The notes under the pieces: model-generated | What the model saw: only the letters and a program-made list of their open reading frames with translations | Database searches by the model: none | What the model was told of the DNA's origin: nothing | Shown here: piece by piece, positions 24,642-35,500 of the stretch | Layout: every line of letters begins with the position of its first letter | Numbering within the stretch: position 1 is the stretch's first letter | Assembly: GCA_001244265.2 (NCBI GenBank) | Contig: LN717261.1 | Location: forward strand, 2,743,591 to 2,807,590 | DNA length: 64,000 bases | Direction: 5' to 3' | Source of the DNA: Microbotryum violaceum | Lineage: Eukaryota | Made by a program: the position numbers and the translations under genes

Positions 24642-24684
24642 AACAAAGGAACAAAGGCTGATTTGCACCGGCGAGGAACAAAAG
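24642..24684. promoter_or_regulatory. Clustered AACAAAG-type motifs upstream of STE3 (candidate HMG-box pheromone response elements)
   Basis: AACAAAGG twice in tandem (24642-24657) and AACAAAAG (24677-24684), 85-127 bp upstream of the ATG; resembles the Ustilago Prf1 site ACAAAGGGA. Confidence 0.35.
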
Positions 24685-24938
24685 ATCACTGGAAGCCAGC
24701 TGACCGGTTTGCCGGGACAGCGGCGTAGCGCTGACAATAATCTGTATTTCTCAGTGACTCATTCTTTGACTTGTTCCACAGCTTGTTTGAACAGGGGATC
24801 TCAACATAATCGCTACCCTCGTCTCTCGTGATACCGAGTCTGTCTGTCACGTGTTCGAGTCACAGATGACACCGTATGGAGGCGCGCAGTGCATGGATCG
24901 ATCAAAGCCGGCCCTGCCAACCCAGCGTACGATCGAGT

Positions 24939-27900
24939 CACTGAGCGACGTTTTTGGCGGGGAATACCCATCTGAATGGGTATTGCCTGGGCTGCGGTAT
25001 TACCCATCAGAATGGGTAATTTCTGATGGGTAATACCCATCTGAAGGGGTAATACCTAATACCCATCTGAAGGGGTAATACCTAATACCCATCTGAAGGG
25101 GTAATACCTAATACCCATCTGAAGGGGTAATACCTAATACCCATCTGAAGGGGTAATACCTAATACCCATCTGAAGGGGTATTACCCAAGCAGTATTCCC
25201 TTCGGTTCGGGTATTTCCAATTTTAATGGGTAATACCATCCAAAAAGTCTCAATAGGGGCTCTTTTCGGGAGCGTGATCGAGCTTAATTCACATTAGCTT
25301 GCTCATTAGGTTCTGTATCATTGAATGCTAGTGCGAGCTCAATTGGCATTAGCTTACTCATCAGGGTCTGTGTCATAAATTACTAATGCTCGCGTTCATA
25401 TTACTAATGTTAATGCAGCCATTTTATATTGCATGCCAGATGTTGTAGTGTTTATCTAGCAGGTGTCTACCTCCGTTACCATCTTTGACCCGTAGCCGGA
25501 TAGTTTGGATCGTTGGCATCCAAATCATCCGCAGCTGCCCCGCGTGCTCCGCGTCCTCAAGTCCTTGGAGACCGTTCCAATTCCTCGACTTCTTCTTCAT
25601 CCTGTCCCTGATCCTCGTCTTCTTCTTCTTCAGCTCGACCGTTGCCAAGGTCTCTCTTTGGGTTGGTCTGTTGGCTTCTGTTAGGATTGTGTTCGGTCTT
25701 CTTCTTCTTGTTTCTTGGCGGGCCCGGGCCTCTGACACCGCTGGCTGCAGGAGTCGAACGTTGGCCGCTTGAACCCACGTGGGGGCTTGTTTGTTGAGTC
25801 TCCTGCGACAATTGTGGCGATCCTGCTCCTTGGCGCGCTCCTCGCTTCTTGGGCACTAGGGTCCTGTTCCTAGTTGCCAGCACTTCTTCCTCTTCGAGGT
25901 CGCTTGTGCCTGTATCTGAAGCCGAATAGACCCCGTCTTGGCTCTGAAGGAGTCATCACGGTCTCATCAGTGCATACCATCCAGTCCGATCTGGTTGAGA
26001 AGAAGGGGCTAACTTTCCGACTGGGACCTTCACCATGCCTGCTGCGGAGTGTCGCTATGTCTGCTTTGGAGAGCTGACCTTTGATTCCCGCAAGCCGGCA
26101 CACTTCGCGATCGTACGCTAATTTCCAGGCGGACCGAATATTTGCCAAGACATCGATAACGAGTTCTTCATAGAGCCAGTCGCCGGATGTGACCGCAAGG
26201 AAACCAGCCCGTTCGCAAATCTGACCAAGTGCCAATGGAGGAGTAATTGGTCAGCACGCAAGCGAGCGCACAACAAGGTGACGACCGGGGGGGGGGGCTT
26301 CGTGTTACTTACATACTTGACGATTTCTCGTTGCTTCAAAGGGGAGAGATTCCCCCACAAGACTGTGTTTGTGCTAGTTTTGGCAGAGATGAGTCTGAAG
26401 GCGTCCTTGAGATCGTAGTTTTTGGGCAGGTCGTGGTTGGGGGACCACTCCTGGTTGATCTCCGCAAGCGGCCCATACAGCTGGACCGGGGTAGGTGTCC
26501 TGATCCCTGCCACTACTAGTGCGTCCCGCACCACCGACTGGGTCGAGGAAGGTTACGAGTGGCACAGGGATGTCAGAGCTAGTCGGTAGTGGGGCTCTGC
26601 TTGCTGGACTTGCCGGCACTTACGCGAACCCAATTGTAATAGATTTTGTCAATTTTCCCGCGCTTGCAAGTATAATCACGCAAGCCCATATTGCCTTTGT
26701 CTTTTCGTGCGTACATGCCGTCGGCATCAATGTATTTTCTGGCTGCAGTGGACCGATGCGGCACACGTCAGCGAAAATGTGGCTGACTTAGCCCGAACGA
26801 GACTCGGCCCAAGTTTGAGGCCTCCTGAGGCCTGAGCGCTTGAGCCCGAACCAGCTGAGCCCGAACCTGGCGAAGCAAATCCTTGAATCAGAACAAGTAC
26901 TGCAAGCTGAGCTCACCAGTGCCCTTCCCATTCCGTCTTTGGTTCTCTTTGTCCTTCTCTGATGCAGATCCTGCCATTGCGGCGCTCCGTGTGGCAGTGG
27001 ATGAATGGTGGGTGGGAGAAGGACTGAACACGTGGGCGGAAGGAGGGAAAGAGAGAAACGAAGACGCGCGCGCAAACTGCACGACTGCGCCGACTGCGCC
27101 ACAATTTTTGCAAAGTCTTCTTCCGGACCCTCAACGGTGGTAAACGTGCACCGCTCGTTCGCTCCGCCACGGAGGGCAACACAACCTCTCGCTCATGCCC
27201 TTGTTCCTGGTGCAAAGGGGCTTCAGTGTCAAAAGCGACCTTTTACCGCCATCACGCTCGACAACCTAATGGACCCCGCGCTACCGAAGAGGCTACCATT
27301 CTCGGGTACCGCGGCAGCCATCGATGCTTCTAGCACCGCCTGGTCCCCAGTCTCAATTATTCCAGCCCCACGACCTACACCCAGTTGGTTCGCAACCCGC
27401 TCGCCACAAAAATATACCCAATCCGCAGAGCGAATCGTGTCGCGAAAGGCGTTCGTCGGTTCTTCGATGGGCGCTCAGCTCAATGACTCGGCGCTTTCAA
27501 ACGACACACAAGCCTATGGCAGCGTCTCGAGTAATGTTTCGCACACCGATGCACCAAAATCACCATCGCTGCCCTACGAGAGCGAAGAATTCAGTATGAA
27601 CATCAGCCCCGAGCTTCCCCAGATCCCTGAAGGCGATTACGATTTCGAGCGAGCTTCTTGGACGGGGGGGTCAATGGACAGTTTTGAAGGCCATGCACTG
27701 GAGTCGGACCAAGACGTACTTCGCCAGACACAACTGTTTGAAATGACTTCCGCTTTGGAGACGACATCCCCCGCCCTGCAGCCCCTCGACAATTACAGTT
27801 TGAGCTCGCTCCCATTCGACGACAACGATCCACTTGTCGTCGAGGAACTTTGGGGAGCGGATCAACGGTTGGATGCCAATGGTGTCTACAACACACCCAC

Positions 27901-28964
27901 CACATCCCGATTGTCCAGCTCCCAGAAGCGCGCAGTGGCAGAGGCGGAAGTTCGCCAAGAGATCGAGTTGGGCGAGATTCATATCATAAATTGAATGTTG
28001 CTAGTGAGTAGGCGAGTGCTGCGTCCCTGATGTGAACCTCTGCTCCACTGCCTTCAGCCAAGGCTCTCCCGTACTACGACGTAGACACACTGTACGACTT
28101 TTCTTTTCGACAGAGACTGATGCACATTGCCGCATTGACAGACCATGGTGCGACAGCGATGGTTCATACACGTGATTGGAGGCGACGGACCTGCTCTCTC
28201 AAAGATGCTTGGTTTCAAGGGTCCAACCGCCAAATGGCCTTGCCGAGTCTGCCTCATTCAAGGAGTTCCATGCGCTGCTGCCCACAATCACAACTACTAC
28301 CCCTCAAGATGCCTCTCGACTCATCGCATGCGAACCGATCTGATCTGACCGCTTTGGATCTTCCCATGCGTTCGGAAGCAGCGATCCGCGAAGCGGCATC
28401 GGAAAAAAATCCTACATTCGGCCTCAGCAAGCTGAGCTCGGCGGCGCACCTTCCTGGATTTTCGCTTCATCAAGACGGACCTTCGGACTTCATGCACGCT
28501 GTCTTCGAAAACGTCGCTCGAAAGCTCTTCAATATGTGGCATGGTGACTTGGCGGCTCAGAAATCAAAGGGTAACAAGACCCAGGCGCCACAAGCTCAGA
28601 GAGGCAGATCCGCGCAAGGAAAGGTGACATCGGCGGCTAGTGCAGAAGCAACGACGTCCGCGGCCGCAGTAGACGAAGCGCTTGGGACCGACTTACCTGA
28701 CTGGGTGATACCAAACAAAATATGGGAGGTCATTGGCCAGGAAATTACCAACGGCGCAAAGACAATACCCAGCCTATTCGCTCGAAAGATGCCCAACATC
28801 CACCTACAGACTGGAGCAATGACTGCAGAGGATTGGTCGAACTGGATTCTCTATGTTGGCCCCTGTGTTCTTCATGATCGACTGCCCGCCAAATATTTCG
28901 CCCACTTCCTGGCGCTTCGGAGGTGGGCTAAAGATTGCATGGCTATGACAATCAACAAGGAGTA
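24939..28964 (+). mobile_element. Truncated CACTA/EnSpm-like (Tnp2-type) DNA transposon
   Basis: Starts CACTG at 24939, followed by subterminal repeats; transposase fragments VIGGDGPALSKMLGFKGPTAKWPCRVC (28145-28348) and DFMHAVFENV...MTAEDWSNWILY...YFAHFLAL (28120-28986). Right end not found. Confidence 0.65.
25031..25186. repeat. 26-bp tandem repeat x6 with internal dyad symmetry
   Basis: Unit TAATACCCATCTGAAGGGGTAATACC at 25031, 25057, 25083, 25109, 25135, 25161; degenerate copies at ~24963-25030. Confidence 0.93.
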
Positions 28965-29156
28965 TGTTGTTAGAAGTGGGGTCTGAGAGCCTAACTCATT
29001 GCTATTAGTCTTGGTTAATACTTTATTCTGCGCGCGCGCCTATCTTTGTCTTTGCGTCTTTTTTCCTTCTGGGTTCCTTCTCCACGCTATTCTCATCATC
29101 TCACTCGTGTATCTCGGAGCTGAGTCGTGGAGTACCTCTTAGTCCTTGTTTCAACA
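28965..29156 (+). mobile_element. Probable Copia-type LTR truncating the Tnp2-like ORF
   Basis: TGTTG...CAACA termini, followed by GGTT as after the Copia LTR at 61716; no target-site duplication seen. Confidence 0.5.
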
Positions 29157-29739
29157 GGTTGCAATTACTGCGGCACGTAAGCAAGGTTACCGGTCTATTG
29201 CTATCGTTGCCAGGCACCGGCTGCCTTTCGGTGTCGAAAGGATCGATCTGGCGGCAGATAGATTACGCCGAGCGCATGCGTTCAATCGTTATCAGTAGCC
29301 AAAAGTGGATGGAAATTTATCTGGGTGTCGACATCGAAAGTCAGCCTCTCATCGTTAGGGCTCTGAAGGTGCTGTCGCCACTGCTCGTTGAGGAGCAATA
29401 TACCCCCTCAATGATCCTCGGGTGTAGCGCGTCCTTACACACGCTACTCGATTTCGTGGGTAAGCAGCCAATTCGTTCGTCTGTTCGATGGCGTGATTGA
29501 TTGAAAGTATTTTTCGGGTTTTGCCTAGGGACAACGTGGCTTGGAGAAAGGTCTCGTCGTGCTGGACCCAAAAGAGCGGAAGTCAGTTGAAAACGCTGTT
29601 CGCTGTTTAGCTGCTCTTGGCCTTGACAATGATGCTGCACTGTAATTTGAGTGCTTGAGACCTGTACCAGCCTCCTCCGAGCTGATGATACGTCTCCTCC
29701 AATTCTAGGCTTGCCGTTCAGCAGGCCTATGACGAGGCC

Positions 29740-31263
29740 GATGCTCAAGCAGAGGAACGCTTTCTACTCGACGCCATTGAGACAGCAGATGAAAACTTGC
29801 CAGGTCGTGTAGGTTCATTTAAGTAGCAACTGTCTTCTTGCAGAACCACTAAACAGAACCAGCACTCTTTCGCCGGCTCAAATTATTCGGCTCCCATCTC
29901 TTCTGCGTCACGTCACTTGTCAGGTAGTGCTTGATCTGAAAAGCTTGATCGAGCACCGTCGGGCCCATCAATGTGCCCACCTCAAGGCTGTCCTACTCAA
30001 GGGAAGGCACGGCGCCTCCACCTCGACTGCCCAAGATTTCGATCCCACATCAAAAGCAAAATTGTCCGACCACGGTGAAGTGCACTCCAGTGTCCTCCGA
30101 GGCTTAGTGCAATCAATGGGTGCAGCCCGTCTCGAAGCCATGTCAGGAGTTGCGAGGTCCATTCGTTGGACAGGACAGGGGACCTTCAGTCGCTTTTCGA
30201 CCACAAACGAGACAGACAACATAGGATACATCGAAGACGGACGTAAAGAAGTGAGCTACAATTGTGTGCTGTGCACATATGGCCCAGAAAGTGCTCATCA
30301 ATAATGTTCATTCTTGCCCAGGTACGGATGCAATTGCGAGCAAAGCAATACACGGTATTTGCCAAGATCCCAACATTTGGGTTGATTGACGGAAACATCC
30401 TGTCAGCCATGCTACTGAAAATCGGCTCTCTTGTCTGCTTCAGATTGAAACGAGGCATCATACCTGGCAGTTGTGACGCCAGCAACATAGGAGAAGAACA
30501 ATTGTCCATTGGACTTGGTTCGTGCATCTCACTGTAGCTAGCTTACTGCTTTGCAGAGTGACTGGCATCAATTTTACCTCTCTTAGTACGTTAAATGTAT
30601 GCCAAGGCCACGTCAAATCATTGTGACAGAGCGGAGACCGACTCCCTCGCATTACTCTCGAATGTCGTCCTCCAAGAATGGCGAGTTGTGAGCAAGGGCG
30701 GTTATTCAACGCATATGATTGACGGCACGACTCGCTTCTTTGGACTCGATGCTCGACAAATTATTCAATCCTTGGAATCATCCTCAACGTCCGCCACTCT
30801 TGCACCCCAGGATTCAGTCGCATACCTCGGGGAGCGTGTCTTCGACTTAAGCCAGCAGGCTGAGGCAAGGCTCTGTTTTCTTCGACGCTGCAACGGAATA
30901 CGGAACGCTTCTGTGTCCTTGAGTAATCAAATGAAGGGTGTGAAAGATATATGGTCAAAAAGAAGGCAGCAAGTGCAGGTGAGGAGCCCTCAGCCAAGCA
31001 GAACCGAACTGGCTGACACGCGCGCGTGCTCCGCCGATTCGGCCCGAGCGAAAAACGTCCGGACGGCGTTTTCGCGATTTTTGGAGATGTTTTAGAGCGT
31101 TTGAAGCAATTCTAGAGCTGTTTTTCGAGGCGCGTAGATGGACTGGACATTTTGGGGACCTTTTTGGCCAAAACATCCAAAAAATGGTGGACAAATGAGG
31201 TCCTAAATCGGCGATTTTGGCGGGTTTTACCTACGCGCCTCAGGCTGGGCTTTCATGGGTCCT
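29740..31263 (+). mobile_element. 3' remnant of a diverged relative of the CAGGAC-TIR element
   Basis: LIEHRRAHQCAHLKAVLLKGR and LLSNVVLQEWRVVSKGGYSTHMIDG parallel LIAHRAAHECSHLRAVLLKGR (53598) and LLSNVVVQELRLIKKTCYSTHLIDG (54360); ends in the TIR-like GGCTGGGCTTTCATGGGTCCT. Confidence 0.8.
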
Positions 31264-31955
31264 CGCTGAGCCTCGCTGAGCGCTGAGCTGCCTCATCCAT
31301 CGACCATCGCCAAGAAGCGGCGGCTGATCGCGACACCTCAGGCGTACCTTCAAAGTTACAGCCTAGACCGCGCGCGCGAGCGCGCCAAAAACCTCGATCC
31401 TCAGCGGGTTTCACACTGGGGTTGGTCGCCCAATACCCGGATAGCCAGGACTCCCCATCCCGGGGCCGTCAAGGGGAAAGCAGTGTGTGTAGTCCAACTA
31501 CGAGATTGTTGCGATGGATCCAAGCCCCTAAAAATACTTCCTAAGCTGCCATGTGATGCCACTTCGGCTATATTCGTCTTGTCAGAGTCTCGTGGCCTCC
31601 GAGCTGAGTCTGCCACCCGCGCGCGGAGGCATTTGTGATTATTTGACACTCCCCCCTACGATGCTCAATCAACTCTCTTACCATGTGAGCATCACGATTG
31701 TCTTCTTCTTCCAGTCTCAAATAATCCGAACCATCGGTGCAAGCTGTGAATTGGTGTGCACACAATTGACAAATTCGGCACTCGTCCGTTATAAAAAAAT
31801 GGGTGGCCTCGCCTGCGCCAGGTGCTTCACGGTCACGTGCAACCCGTGATCGAAGTCGCGCGACCAACGGCCAGTCGCGCACAAACCGCAGGTGCCTTCG
31901 TCTCCTTCCACATCGCGAGCGGCAGCCGTACATCGACACTAGATCTTCCGACACG

Positions 31956-34380
31956 ATGACTCGCCGTTTCATCCCTGGACAGTTCAGACCACGCAAGCTG
32001 AGGCCGCAGGACCTAAACGATCAGCCCAGCGCGTCGTGTGCTCCAACCTGCGCCAAGGTCAAGATCCCTATGGTGGAATGGACACCGTTTCGATAGACCA
32101 AGACCCACCGCATCATCAGCTTTATCATCATCGACGTCGAGTTCGGTACAGACTCCCACTCCCCTAGTCCCACTCTTACCGGACCCGGCATCCGCATTCG
32201 CTGCCGCTGCGTTCGAGTATAGCGACTACTTTGGGGTAGACGAGGATGACGGCGCCGGAGAACACTCAGATCTCGACGACAGAGCCATGCACGAAGGTGA
32301 TGGTGGTTAGAACAAAAATTTCGCCAACGCACACTTCCTCCTATCCTCGAACCCTGCCGACTGCACGCCTACGATTCACGCAACATGTCTCAGATAACGC
32401 TGGACCGCCTCAGGCATGAGCTCCATCCCATCGTCACCCTCATTCATACCTTTGAAAGGGTGGACAGGACATACCTCGCTTTCCTTGTGCGCGAGGCGGC
32501 ATTCAGCAAGCAGGCACGACCTCGACTCTGGGTGCAGTACATGTCGTTTGTGGCGTGCCCAAAATCGCATCTCAATCCGCGCATCATTGAGGTCGAGAAC
32601 GGATTAAGGATCGCCGACGAGGTGGCCCCGCCGCCGCGCGACCGCAAAGGCACACATGTCCTTTCCATTCTGGTCCATGCGCCACCAGTCGTAAGCACTT
32701 CCGAATCTTTCTTCAGCTTTATCTGCTGGGGAACGGGGATCCTGTGTTTTCAATGGCTCCATTTGGCACAGGCTTTCCCCACGAGGTCTCTGTCTGTCCC
32801 TGATCCATTAGTGGTGATCCCCCAATCACATACGCCGAACGGCTGGCTCAGACTGGCCTTATGAGTACAACTGCCTCAAGACTGCTTTCACATTCCAAGC
32901 TCTACAAATGGTCGAATCTTGCTGGGTTGTTGATCCCTCGTCCGTTGATGGGATGACCCAAGGGATGATCATTATGGAAGATGCGGATGGGGGGATTCAG
33001 GTGGGCTGGCGTCTCATTAGTTTGTAAATTGAGGTCAAAACAGCGCGATTCATGAGTCTTGTGTGGGACGGTGCCGATCTAGTCCCCTGCATGCGCACTT
33101 CTCTAGGGTCGCGAGCCTCGATCACAATAGCAACGTGCAGCTCGACGAGTTCCGAGCATTGGCCGCACACGAGACCGGATACGACAATCGCCTCTTCCAC
33201 ATAGAGGGTTCATTTGCTGACAAGTGTCCTGCGAATTTGGACCAACACATTGAAGCTGCCAAACCGGGCACCTACACTTGATCATGTGAGATTGACAGCC
33301 TCCTATGTTTCCTTCTCGCATCATGTCTCCTTTTCTCGGTCTTCTTTTACCGCCTTTTAGCCTGCCTTTCCACACCTTAGCTCTCTTCCTTTCTGGGCTG
33401 GGTCTGTGCACCTGACAAAGGCGGCTGGCCCAGCCGCGCGCTAACCCGAGCCAACTGGCTCCGCGCTCCTCTCTCCTGCTCAAGCAACTTCTTGGTCTGG
33501 TCTTCTTGGTCCGTCGATCAGAGAGCCTTACCACCGCTTGAGCAGCTCTACAGATCATTTGTTTGCGCATGATGGAAGCTTTCAGCAATGGCGCAACCAG
33601 GCAGCCAAGTATGACCCACAAACGACCACGCCGGACTTGTTCATCAGCGCGGCAGAAATTTCGGAAATGAAAGAGGCGGTCGAGCGGGCGCCAACACCGT
33701 CCAAGAAGGTACGTTGCTCAGCATGATAGTCCATAGAACACCCTGCTCTGCCCTGATCCTCTAACACCTCCACTTACAAGCATGCACAGAACCTTAGAAA
33801 GTTGCTGACGATGGCGCTTAGAAGCTCTGGCCGGGAAAATCGACGCGGCTCTTGTGGTGTGCGTGTGTGGGCATAACGCGGTTTCCGAGACGTCCAACCT
33901 TGAGAGGAGCGCGGGTACGTAAGTATGACTGTACCATCTTCGCAAGATCGTTGCAGTGTCTGATTTCTGTCCTCCTCATTGGGGGTGGCTCGACATTGCA
34001 GGCTGTACTATGCATTGGCTCTGATCAAGCACGTCTCAGAACAAGAACAGCCCGAAGCCAGAATTGGGGTCTTGTAAAACATTGCCTGCAACCTCAAGCA
34101 TCGCCTACAGAAGGCACGTATAGGTACCTAATTCTCTCTTGTGGTCGGTCGAATCGTCTGAACATACTCGTTCCTCGCCCTGTGTAGAGCGATGATTAGT
34201 GCCTAAACGAGCCCTAGTTAGTGCCTAAATTGCCCCCCGTCTTGAATTTGCCACAAGTGTCTTGGCGCTTTCGCGCATCAATGGCCCTGTCAAGTCGAGC
34301 TGGACCCTCAACTTTTTCGCAACATGTTCGGCTGCACCGATGGCGAAGGCGTCCAGGTATCACTTACTGCAGGTTAAATA
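31956..34380 (+). pseudogene. Decayed KDZ transposase
   Basis: DEFRAL...DKCPA, DHLFAHDGSFQQ, LFISAAEISEMKEAVE, KVADDG, LVVCVCGH...NLERS and YYALALIKHVS parallel the motifs at 16064-17204; stops, frameshifts and a solo LTR insertion. Confidence 0.75.
33285..33552 (+). mobile_element. Solo LTR (268 bp) with 5-bp target-site duplication
   Basis: TG...CA ends flanked by GATCA at 33280-33284 and 33553-33557; second partial copy at 21536. Confidence 0.85.
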
Positions 34381-34809
34381 GATTAATCCTGCGCTTTAAA
34401 CATGTCGTAATTACTCGGCGCTTGCCCCCACCCCTACCCAGATCTAATTTGCAATCGGCCACCCACGCGTTTCACCCCAAGACACAGTGTTCAGCACCTC
34501 TTCTTGCCTTCGCCTAGTTCATTCTCATCTCATTATACCTTACGTGGCACAAGAGAAGGGTTTTCTGCTACCCTGCAGTGTTTTTTTGCTTCCATACTCA
34601 GAATCGCCAAGGGGTACCACTGCACTTTTTGCCGGTTTCTGGAGGCCAAAAATGTTAAGTGTTTCAAACGGACCACGAGTTCCGTATTACCTCCCCAACA
34701 TAGGCTCTTCATGCCTCGAGTCATCCGCACCTTCAGGAGAGCGAGGTTCAGACCTTGATAGGGGCCAAAGGTGAATGTGCCGGGTTTAACCGTCAACTGC
34801 GCGTGTTTT

Positions 34810-35500
34810 GAGGCCGAAAGTCGAAAAAAACTACAACGAAAAGTTCGGGCACAGTGAATATGGTCGCGTTGGTATTCTATTAAACCGCCCCGGAAGCTTG
34901 GAACAGCAGTACCTTCTTTCTATTTCCTACCCAGTCCGACCGAGTGCAAAACGTCAAGACTAATCTTGGTCTCGGGCATTTCGAGGCTGAAAGTCGGGAA
35001 ACACTACAACGAAAAGTTCGGGAACACTTAATGTGGTCAAGAAACGAGTGTAATAGACTTCATTGAACTGTTCAATGGGTTTGGAACAGCGGTACATGTT
35101 TTATATCTCCCACTCAGCCCGACCGAGGACCGAGTGCACAAACGTCGAGACGGACCTTGGTCTGGGAGGTTTCGACAGTGAAAGTCGGGCAACACTACAA
35201 CGAAAATTTCGGGCTCGGGCACCGTAAACATGGTCACGAAGCTACCTGGATATATTTTATTGAACCTTCCAAGAAGTTTGGAACAGCACTACATGTTTTC
35301 TATCTCCCGCCCAGCCCGACCGAGGGCGAGAACGTAACCTTGGTCTCGGGTGTTTCGACGGTGAAAGTCGGGGGACACTACAACGAAAAGTTCGGGCACA
35401 GTTAATATGGCCACGAGACTATCAGCATAGACTTCATTGAACCGTTCAAGGAGTTTGGAACAGCAGTACATGTTTTCTATCTCCCACCCAGCCCGACCGA
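34810..35500 (+). repeat. Diverged ~175-190 bp tandem repeat, about 4 units
   Basis: GAAAGTCGG..ACACTACAACGAAAAGTTCGGG recurs near 34816, 34989, 35180 and 35363, each followed by TTGGAACAGC and CCGACCGAG blocks. Confidence 0.85.

Noticed and set aside
25031-25186. CRISPR-like array
   Set aside because: Units abut with no unique spacers, no cas genes, eukaryotic context.
14572-31263. Giant composite transposon carrying STE3 and MRPL6
   Set aside because: A nearer right TIR at 22059 with matching flank explains the 14572 end; the 31263 end belongs to a diverged relative and shares no flanking duplication.
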